Part shown: positions 1-5,454 of the stretch, in pieces
Position numbering within the stretch: the first letter of the stretch is position 1
How the letters are laid out: each line of letters starts with the position of its first letter
DNA from: a virus
Direction: 5' to 3' (one strand)
IMG/VR virus record: IMGVR_UViG_3300045988_039808
Coordinates: 1-6,257 of that record
Length of the DNA stretch: 6,257 nucleotides
Position numbers and translations under genes: made by a program
Notes under the pieces: model-generated
Told to the model about the DNA's origin: nothing
The model's database searches: none
Seen by the model: only the letters and a program-made list of their open reading frames with translations

Positions 1-77
1 AAATCCCAGTCATTCCCTTGAAAATAATCGACTCTTGGAGTAATAGATGTAATACAAAATATATATCCAGGTTCGTC
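1..77. repeat. Terminal direct repeat, copy 1 of 2. It is identical to 6181-6257, a circular-genome assembly redundancy, and gives a unit genome of 6180 nt.
   Basis: Bases 1-77 are exactly repeated at 6181-6257. The capsid reading frame runs continuously across the junction. Confidence 0.9.
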
Positions 78-1646
78 GGCTTTAAATATAATGTTGCCTC
101 CTTTGTGGTTAGTTGCGACACCTCTACCTGCTAATGTACCCAATGGTTGTTCTTCGCTTCCGCTGTTGTTTACAACTTCTTGGAATTCTATTTCGAGAGA
201 ACTTCCGCCCAAATACATTGGTGTTTCGACGTGGTTGAGACCGCCGCTTGTATATACAGTTTGAATCCAGGCGTTATAGCTTCCGTCACTTACGGCGATA
301 CGATTAAGCATAGTGTATACTTTTTTAGCGAGGTTTAGAGTATCGAGCGTAAAACTACCTGACCTCGTATCGATAGCAGTTATGGCGTTAACCCCTGTAT
401 CTCCATCTAACCATTCGGTATTGACCCAGTTGGTATTAATGTCGCTTTGATAGGTTTTTAATACTAACCCAACCATAGGATATGCACATGCTGGTATTTC
501 ATTCCTCTCTGGATCTACCGCGTTGTCGTCTATATATGTTTTGAATATATTATTAATAAATAGGTCGCTCGCTTCATACGCAGTTCTCCCCGCTGATAAT
601 ATATTCTCTCTCATGGTATCGATTGTAGACAATTCGATTTTTTCGTAGTTTTGAGAGTCTGATTTTGCTACAATTTTTTTATTGGTTTTTAAGGAATGCA
701 CTCCCTGTGCCATTGCAGTAAGAGGAATTATATACGATTGAGAATTAGAACCTGTTGCTACAGCACTTCTCAATATTGCACCATCATTTAAAAGGTCAGA
801 TAAATACCCTTTAAATTCGCCTATTCCGTATGTGTCGAATCTTAAATAACCGAAGTCTATATAAATATCTGCTTCGTTAATTGCTACGTATGACTGAATG
901 ACAAATCCATAATAGTAATCAGAACCTACTGGAACGTTTATCTTATCATCTATCGGGTTACTTGATATTTTTTTTATCTCTGACCATTTTTGTGATATTT
1001 TGCTTTGAATATTGAAGTAAATTGTATTTCCCGTAGAGTTATTAGTTGTGTATTGGTATATACTATTCCCTACTATTTGGTAAAATGAACTTTCTTGTTT
1101 GTTTGCATAGTAATTTTTGAAAATGTCAAAGTACATAATTATAGGAAGAACTTGTATTTGTCCCCTATCTTGCTCAGCTTCTTCCGAATTAAGTGCTTTA
1201 TATCCAAGGTAAAAAGGAAGAGAGCTTGGGTTTACTTGTTTTCTTAATGTGTTTGCGCTTCCCTCTAAGTATTCTTGAGTTAATTTTGAATTTTGTAAAC
1301 GTACATATGGAAATTTAACTTTTTTCATGTCAAGCCCAATATTCAATGCGTTGTTATGTAACATTGCATTGTATAATCGAATTGGACAGAAGAAGAAGTC
1401 GTTTTGTTGTTTAAAGCTTCCGAACAATGGTCCAATTGTCGGGTGTGTCAATGTGTGACATCTTGTTTGAATAGGGAAGGTATCTCCTGGAAGAACTAAA
1501 TGCTTCATAGTTGGCACCAGAACTCCTGGCGCCATAGATGTTCTACATACATGACTTAAATCGTGAGTACTGCGGTTATAATTATTCAACCGTGTCGTCA
1601 TTTTTTTGCCACCTCCGAGGGTGTTTTTACCAATATTTACTTTCAT
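1..1646 (-). CDS. VP1: Microviridae major capsid protein (VP1/F-like), N-terminal 548 codons. The start ATG is at 1644-1646. The ORF leaves the window at base 1 and continues at 6180 in the circular genome.
   Basis: I translated the whole minus frame, taking plus-strand triplets that start at positions divisible by 3. It is open from 1646 to 3 with no stop codon. The N-terminus reads MKVNIGKNTLGGGKKMTTRLNNYNRSTHDLSHVCRTSMAPGVLVPTMKHLVLPGDTFPIQ. The motifs DLSH, G-LVP and VLPGDTF are the hallmark N-terminus of Microviridae major capsid proteins. The protein also contains MLNRIAVSDGSYNAWIQTVY and ITSITPRVDY, which resemble conserved capsid blocks. The ORF is missing from the supplied track only because it crosses the window edge. 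An alternative start lies at Met16, base 1601. Confidence 0.9.
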   Translation of the reverse strand, partial: MKVNIGKNTLGGGKKMTTRLNNYNRSTHDLSHVCRTSMAPGVLVPTMKHLVLPGDTFPIQTRCHTLTHPTIGPLFGSFKQQNDFFFCPIRLYNAMLHNNALNIGLDMKKVKFPYVRLQNSKLTQEYLEGSANTLRKQVNPSSLPFYLGYKALNSEEAEQDRGQIQVLPIIMYFDIFKNYYANKQESSFYQIVGNSIYQYTTNNSTGNTIYFNIQSKISQKWSEIKKISSNPIDDKINVPVGSDYYYGFVIQSYVAINEADIYIDFGYLRFDTYGIGEFKGYLSDLLNDGAILRSAVATGSNSQSYIIPLTAMAQGVHSLKTNKKIVAKSDSQNYEKIELSTIDTMRENILSAGRTAYEASDLFINNIFKTYIDDNAVDPERNEIPACAYPMVGLVLKTYQSDINTNWVNTEWLDGDTGVNAITAIDTRSGSFTLDTLNLAKKVYTMLNRIAVSDGSYNAWIQTVYTSGGLNHVETPMYLGGSSLEIEFQEVVNNSGSEEQPLGTLAGRGVATNHKGGNIIFKADEPGYIFCITSITPRVDYFQGNDWD

Positions 1647-1906
1647 TTTTCTTCGTTTTTAAGTTGTTGATTATTAAGCTCATTAAGTCTTTGGCACATG
1701 GCTCCGATGATTGATAGGTCCATGTTTGTTAATTTGAAATTTTCGTTAAGATACTCCATTGCTTCTTCTTGTGTGTCGAACACGTGTGGTGTTACTACGT
1801 ATTCCCCTACGGTGAATACAAATTTATCTTCTTCCCCTCTACGCATTGCACGTACTTGTACTACGTCCTGGCCTTCCGCCCATTGTACTGCTTCTTGTTG
1901 ATCCAT
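1643..1906 (-). CDS. Hypothetical small acidic protein of 87 aa. Its stop codon overlaps the capsid start codon.
   Basis: The ORF ends in a TGA that overlaps the capsid ATG as ATGA at 1643-1646. It carries 17 Asp/Glu residues against 8 Lys/Arg. There is no Shine-Dalgarno sequence, as with every other gene here. It is the last member of the tightly packed small-ORF operon. Confidence 0.5.
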   Translation of the reverse strand: MDQQEAVQWAEGQDVVQVRAMRRGEEDKFVFTVGEYVVTPHVFDTQEEAMEYLNENFKLTNMDLSIIGAMCQRLNELNNQQLKNEEK

Positions 1907-1908
1907 GA

Positions 1909-2187
1909 TTAAATGTTTTTAATTGCTTCAATTTTTGTTAATATAATTTTACTTTTACGTAAATCGTTTTCAAGTCGTTCTGCTTCTTTGAATAAGCAGC
2001 AATTCATGACAGTTCTAAACCCTTTTACAAGTTGTCCTGTGTCCCATTCGAATCCTTCCCACATAAGAGAATAATAACCCTCGCTGAATGCTTCGAAGGG
2101 TATCTTGGCGGACTTAATCCACTCTTTTTTACGGAACTTGCCGTACTTTGTAATTGATGGTATCATTGTGATTTGTAATTGAATCAT
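1909..2187 (-). CDS. Hypothetical protein of 92 aa.
   Basis: The ORF sits 2 nt upstream of the 87-aa ORF. Its first 59 nt overlap the 3' end of the 72-aa membrane-protein ORF in a different frame. The start is uncertain: an internal Met at codon 8 (base 2166) still overlaps that ORF. Confidence 0.4.
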   Translation of the reverse strand: MIQLQITMIPSITKYGKFRKKEWIKSAKIPFEAFSEGYYSLMWEGFEWDTGQLVKGFRTVMNCCLFKEAERLENDLRKSKIILTKIEAIKNI

Positions 2188-2347
2188 TTTGGCATTTGTT
2201 ATTCACATTCACGGTATTCCCCGAAATCTTCCAAGTGCTTCCACAGCCTTCGAATATATAGGATATTGCTAATAATACAGCTGCACCTATAACACTTGCC
2301 ACTGTTTTCCAATTTTCTTTTAAAAATTGCTTGATCTCTTCTTTCAT
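2129..2347 (-). CDS. Small single-pass membrane protein of 72 aa. It is a candidate lysis or membrane-targeting protein.
   Basis: The charged N-terminus MKEEIKQFLKENWK is followed by the hydrophobic helix TVASVIGAAVLLAISYIF. The C-terminal tail is polar and Asn/Thr-rich. The ORF starts 2 nt after the 103-aa ORF stop. Confidence 0.45.
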   Translation of the reverse strand: MKEEIKQFLKENWKTVASVIGAAVLLAISYIFEGCGSTWKISGNTVNVNNKCQNDSITNHNDTINYKVRQVP

Positions 2348-2349
2348 AA

Positions 2350-2661
2350 TTAATAAATTTTACAATATTTAATCTTTAAAGTGTCGTCGTATTCTTTTAA
2401 TGCCTCGACTACTAATTTGGCGTTTTTTTTTGAATTCACGACAAGAGTGGAAATATTTAACCCTTCTTTAACATTTTCGATTACATTTACCTCCCATCGA
2501 TGACCAGTACTTTCTTCTTCAAAGTAGGTTATGACGCACCCTTTGTTTTGATAGACAATTCGTTGTCCGTGATTAATAGCCTCTTTTTCATTTTTGAACT
2601 TTTTTAAATAAAACAGCTCTTGGCTGTAACTTCTTGCGATGATAGCAATTTTTGTTTCCAT
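2350..2661 (-). CDS. Hypothetical protein of 103 aa. By its position after the replication gene it could be a VP5-like small protein.
   Basis: It is the first long ORF after the large intergenic region. It is separated from the upstream 50-aa ORF and the downstream 72-aa ORF by 2-nt gaps. I recognise no motifs in it. Confidence 0.5.
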   Translation of the reverse strand: METKIAIIARSYSQELFYLKKFKNEKEAINHGQRIVYQNKGCVITYFEEESTGHRWEVNVIENVKEGLNISTLVVNSKKNAKLVVEALKEYDDTLKIKYCKIY

Positions 2662-2663
2662 AA

Positions 2664-2816
2664 TTATTTAACTTTAGTTACTGAATAATCTACTACTTCT
2701 ACAATTTCTCTGGCTCCTTTAACAAATAATTCACATGCTCTCTTTGTTTTGAGCGTTTGTCGAAGGATAATTTTTTTCCCTTCGGTTGTCTTGGCGTTTG
2801 CTATTACTGTATACAT
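2664..2816 (-). CDS. Small basic protein of 50 aa, MYTVIANAKTTEGKKIILRQTLKTKRACELFVKGAREIVEVVDYSVTKVK. It is a candidate DNA-binding protein analogous to phiX174 J or gokushovirus VP8.
   Basis: I translated this ORF myself; it is under 60 aa and so absent from the track. The ATG is at 2814-2816. The TAA stop at 2664-2666 lies 2 nt before the 103-aa ORF start. It has 12 Lys/Arg against 5 Asp/Glu. It sits about 30-50 nt downstream of a promoter-like element. Confidence 0.3.
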   Translation of the reverse strand: MYTVIANAKTTEGKKIILRQTLKTKRACELFVKGAREIVEVVDYSVTKVK

Positions 2817-2842
2817 GGCTTTTGTTTTTTGATTACGTTGTA

Positions 2843-2871
2843 AAGATAATATAAAAAGTCCCCTTTGTCAA
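2843..2871 (-). promoter_or_regulatory. Sigma-70-like promoter candidate for the small-ORF and capsid operon.
   Basis: On the minus strand there is a perfect TTGACA, complementary to 2866-2871. A 17-nt spacer follows. Then comes TATCTT, complementary to 2843-2848. Alternatively TATTAT (complementary to 2846-2851) lies at 14-nt spacing. The element is about 30-50 nt upstream of the 50-aa ORF ATG. The host appears to be Bacteroidota, which uses a different consensus, so confidence is low. Confidence 0.25.
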
Positions 2872-2921
2872 GTAAATATCCCTTTTTAACCTATGTTATT
2901 AACATATTTAACTATTGCCCG

Positions 2922-2936
2922 ATTCCTGCAAGGAAT
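2922..2936. promoter_or_regulatory. Small hairpin ATTCCT-gca-AGGAAT with a 6-bp stem and 3-nt loop, next to the larger stem-loop.
   Basis: This is a perfect inverted repeat read directly from the sequence. Confidence 0.35.
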
Positions 2937-2947
2937 ACAGCGAAACG

Positions 2948-2987
2948 AGCTCTGCCGTTGAGCGTATAAATTAAGGAAAGCAGAGCT
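2948..2987. promoter_or_regulatory. Stem-loop with a perfect 8-bp stem AGCTCTGC/GCAGAGCT and a 24-nt AT-rich loop. It is a candidate replication-origin or Rep-transcript termination structure.
   Basis: The arms are 2948-2955 and 2980-2987. The loop is cgttgagcgtataaattaaggaaa. It lies about 50 nt downstream of the replication gene stop on the coding strand. Confidence 0.5.
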
Positions 2988-3009
2988 TTCCGCCTTAAAC
3001 ATTTAAAAA

Positions 3010-3029
3010 TACTGTCTGTTTACTGTCTG
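3010..3029. repeat. Tandem direct repeat TACTGTCTG-tt-TACTGTCTG with an 11-nt period, followed by a third partial copy TACT at 3031-3034. It is iteron-like.
   Basis: The exact 9-nt copies are at 3010-3018 and 3021-3029. They lie immediately 3' of the replication gene stop (3038-3040) on the coding strand. One helical turn of spacing suggests a same-face protein-binding site. Confidence 0.45.
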
Positions 3030-3037
3030 GTACTATT

Positions 3038-4168
3038 TCACACTTGTCCAAATGCACCCAATGCGTCGCAATGCTCCGAGGTAGTGCACCTTCTTACTCT
3101 TTTGAATGTCCACATATTATCTTTAATATATTGATTAATAATATCTTCCCATTCTTGTTTTACCTCTTGCATAGGAAAATCGGCCTGTGACGACAACTCT
3201 GTTAGATTTTCCGTGCTGAATTTTTCAGCTATTTTTTTTGCTTCCGCGATAGCCTTTCGTTGTTTTTCTTCTTTCCTGCGTTCTTTCATAGCATTCCATG
3301 TAATAGGATCATCACCCATAACTGTTTTACCATATTCCTGCCAGTATCTTCTTAGATTGTCTATTGTTTTCCAGTCGTTAGCTTTTACTTTTTCTCCATA
3401 TATCCACAATAGTCCTCTATTTAGGTTGTTTATCCACATTTTTTCACGTTCTTTGTCGGTAAATATTTTATTTTTGTAGTATTTAGGCATAGCCATTTTT
3501 GTTCCGTTGCGAAATGTATAGGTGGCTACTTCGATTTTTTTGTAGTTTTGCTTTTGCCATAGGTAATCTAGTCTATCCATATATCCTGATCCTATGCCTT
3601 TACTTGATAATACGATTTGTTTGAATTCTGGATGTTTTGTGTCTACCTTTAACATATATTTTGTCATATAGTTGACACTTCGACTATTACAATATTGGCC
3701 TATGAATGAAAATCCGTATTTCCAGTGTTTTTTTATCAGTTCTGCGCTTTTTTGTCCGAAAAATATACCATGTAGATGTATTCGATCCTTTTTTTCTCCG
3801 AGTTCCGTGACACACCAATGTTTTATACTTTTCGACGTATCTTTCCGACAGCGTTCTAAAAACAATCTTAGCCCTTTTGTAGCTATTTCGTTTGGGTTTT
3901 CTTTCCATTTTAACCCTGTTTTTTCTTCGAGTTCTGCGATACCCTCTTGCGATATGGTTAACGTGATAAAGTAACCGAAATTTGAACGTAACTCCTCTTC
4001 TAATCGTACTCTCCATTCTCTTTGTTTCTCCTTTCTGCATTCAATACAACAACCACATTTTATTGGAACGTAATACAACCTCCTGTCCCGGCAGACAGGA
4101 GGTTTCCCTTTGTTTTTTTTATTAGGTTTATACTTTGGGTTTTTAACAAAAGTAGGATATAGACACAT
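3038..4168 (-). CDS. VP4: Replication initiation protein of 376 aa, VP4 or gene-A-like. It is a superfamily I HUH rolling-circle endonuclease.
   Basis: The N-terminus MCLYPTF... matches the MxCxxP start typical of microvirus VP4. There is a Cys cluster CGCCIEC with additional Cys26, around 4037-4057. Motif I is FITLT. The HUH motif IHLHGIFF lies at 3770-3778. The dual-tyrosine active site VNYMTKYMLK lies at 3656-3670, with YxxKY spacing as in phiX174 gpA YVAKYVNK. The ATG follows 1 nt after the VP2 stop. Confidence 0.93.
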   Translation of the reverse strand: MCLYPTFVKNPKYKPNKKNKGKPPVCRDRRLYYVPIKCGCCIECRKEKQREWRVRLEEELRSNFGYFITLTISQEGIAELEEKTGLKWKENPNEIATKGLRLFLERCRKDTSKSIKHWCVTELGEKKDRIHLHGIFFGQKSAELIKKHWKYGFSFIGQYCNSRSVNYMTKYMLKVDTKHPEFKQIVLSSKGIGSGYMDRLDYLWQKQNYKKIEVATYTFRNGTKMAMPKYYKNKIFTDKEREKMWINNLNRGLLWIYGEKVKANDWKTIDNLRRYWQEYGKTVMGDDPITWNAMKERRKEEKQRKAIAEAKKIAEKFSTENLTELSSQADFPMQEVKQEWEDIINQYIKDNMWTFKRVRRCTTSEHCDALGAFGQV

Positions 4169-4169
4169 A

Positions 4170-5306
4170 TCAATAAGACTCTGTATATGTTTCTGTTGTT
4201 GTAGTTTTGCCTTGTCTGGTTGACTTGGTTTTCACACTGCTTTTCTTTCTGCGTCCTTTGTATAGCATGTCTACGATGTTTTCTCCGAATTCCAAACCTA
4301 ATCCGATTCTTTCGTTAAAGGTTTGTTCTTCCCATCGATCTATCATACCTTCTACTTGTTTACGATAGGTTTCTTTATCCCAATTGTGTTTATCCGCACG
4401 AGCTTGTAATTCATCGATATTGGCTTGTAGATTGTCTATTTGTTTTTCGTTTACCTCTTTTTCACTTATGAACTTTGCTGCCAGCGCGATAGCTACTGCA
4501 TTGTTATAACTTACGGCGTCGACTCTTTCTTCATAAGTGTCTTTCAGATATTGGTTTTTGATCTTTTCATTTTCTTTTCTCCAATATTCGGTGTGAGCTT
4601 CTTCACTGTATTTGGTTGCGGCTGCGAAGGCTACGCTTACATTAGCTCTTGTTAATACTTCCTCCGATTCTCTTAAATCTTTTAATACTTTTTCGGTTTC
4701 TTCCTTAGCTTTTGTCAATGAAGCTAAAGCCTCTTTGTAATCACCCTCTTTCAAATTAAGTTCTATTTGAGAGGCAATTCCTTCAATTCGTTTTAAGGCT
4801 TCTTGTGTATCTACTCCGGAGATCTTTGTTGCTTCGGCTCCTGCTTTTTCGGCTTGTGCTTCTGCTAATGCAATTTGAGCGTCGTTCATTCTTCGTTGTT
4901 GTTCAAGTTGTTGAACTTGTAATGCCATTCCTATAGGATTCCCTTGTGGTTGTTCTGGACTTGATTGATGAGCTCCTCCGCTGGCACCCATACCTCCTGC
5001 TCCGCTTTGGCCGTACATTAGTCCTATATTCAACCCTGCGTTTTTTAAGTGTTTTACTTGATTTTCTGTGTTGGTATAGTCCCAATAATCTTTTGCATAT
5101 TGTTGAGATTGCGCAGCGGCTTGTTGTTGATATTGATTTTGTAGCGCCATAATTCTTTTATTATAAGCTTCTTGTTCTTGCATGGCTCTTTTTGGTGACC
5201 AGCTTAAACCGAAAGCTTGACTTAATGCATTTCCGACGAATCCTATGCCTGTACTTGCTGCCGAAGATCCTAATCCGCTTATAAATGATTTTTCGAAATT
5301 TACCAT
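4170..5306 (-). CDS. VP2: DNA pilot or minor capsid protein of 378 aa, VP2 or H-like.
   Basis: The N-terminus GLGSSAASTGIGFVGNALSQAFGL is Gly-rich and hydrophobic. A Gln-rich segment reads QNQYQQQAAAQSQQY. The motif HLKNAGLNIGLMYG at about 5010-5051 resembles the AGLNP-LMYG block conserved in Microviridae pilot proteins. A Gly-rich linker GAGGMGASGG is followed by a long Glu/Lys-rich predicted coiled coil. The C-terminal tail is basic. Its position directly upstream of the replication gene is typical. Confidence 0.85.
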   Translation of the reverse strand: MVNFEKSFISGLGSSAASTGIGFVGNALSQAFGLSWSPKRAMQEQEAYNKRIMALQNQYQQQAAAQSQQYAKDYWDYTNTENQVKHLKNAGLNIGLMYGQSGAGGMGASGGAHQSSPEQPQGNPIGMALQVQQLEQQRRMNDAQIALAEAQAEKAGAEATKISGVDTQEALKRIEGIASQIELNLKEGDYKEALASLTKAKEETEKVLKDLRESEEVLTRANVSVAFAAATKYSEEAHTEYWRKENEKIKNQYLKDTYEERVDAVSYNNAVAIALAAKFISEKEVNEKQIDNLQANIDELQARADKHNWDKETYRKQVEGMIDRWEEQTFNERIGLGLEFGENIVDMLYKGRRKKSSVKTKSTRQGKTTTTETYTESY

Positions 5307-5332
5307 GTTGTTCTATTTGTTTTAGTTTTTCG

Positions 5333-5352
5333 CCCTTGTAACTTTACAAGGG
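5333..5352. promoter_or_regulatory. 20-nt near-perfect palindrome CCCTTGTAA-ct-TTACAAGGG, 27 nt upstream of the VP2 start.
   Basis: Read directly from the sequence. It has no adjacent U-run on the coding strand, so it is not a classic terminator. It is a candidate protein-binding site or ssDNA-origin hairpin. Confidence 0.4.
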
Positions 5353-5388
5353 TACACATATTACTAGATAATATAGGCTACATGCGTA

Positions 5389-5406
5389 CCATTTTGTGAA
5401 AAATGG
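5389..5406. promoter_or_regulatory. AT-rich hairpin CCATTTT-gtga-AAAATGG with a 7-bp stem.
   Basis: A perfect inverted repeat. It is one of three consecutive hairpins in the 148-nt intergenic region between ORF111 and VP2. Confidence 0.3.
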
Positions 5407-5435
5407 AGGGAGTAGAGATTAACTTTCTGACTCCC
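5399..5435 (-). terminator. Candidate intrinsic terminator after the 111-aa ORF.
   Basis: A GC-rich 6-bp stem GGGAGT/ACTCCC (5408-5413 and 5430-5435) encloses a 16-nt loop. On the minus-strand transcript it is followed 3 nt later by UUUUU, complementary to 5399-5403. It lies about 20 nt downstream of the ORF111 stop at 5455-5457. Confidence 0.35.
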
Positions 5436-5454
5436 AGCCTTTTAGATGTGCGGT

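Noticed and set aside
147-338. Plus-strand 63-aa ORF antisense to the capsid gene.
   Set aside because: It lies fully inside the confirmed capsid coding region on the opposite strand. The translation is hydrophobic and low-complexity, as expected for an antisense frame. There is no start-codon context.
1698-1901. Plus-strand 67-aa ORF antisense to the 87-aa ORF.
   Set aside because: Its composition is Ser/Cys/Thr-rich and typical of an antisense frame. Every supported gene in this genome is on the minus strand.
3213-3974. Plus-strand ORFs 3213..3479 and 3672..3974, antisense to the replication gene.
   Set aside because: Both are Phe/Ser/Leu-rich translations of the T-rich complementary strand of a well-supported gene. 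Both are most likely spurious.
4440-5152. Plus-strand ORFs 4440..4655 and 4946..5152, antisense to VP2.
   Set aside because: The same reasoning applies. Both are hydrophobic, Cys/Phe-rich antisense frames inside VP2.
5358-5374. AT-only palindrome ATATTA-ctaga-TAATAT, considered as a dif-like Xer recombination site.
   Set aside because: Its 6-bp arms are far shorter than the 11-6-11 layout of dif sites, and it is composed only of A and T. It is more likely part of a promoter-like AT-rich region, so it is not called.
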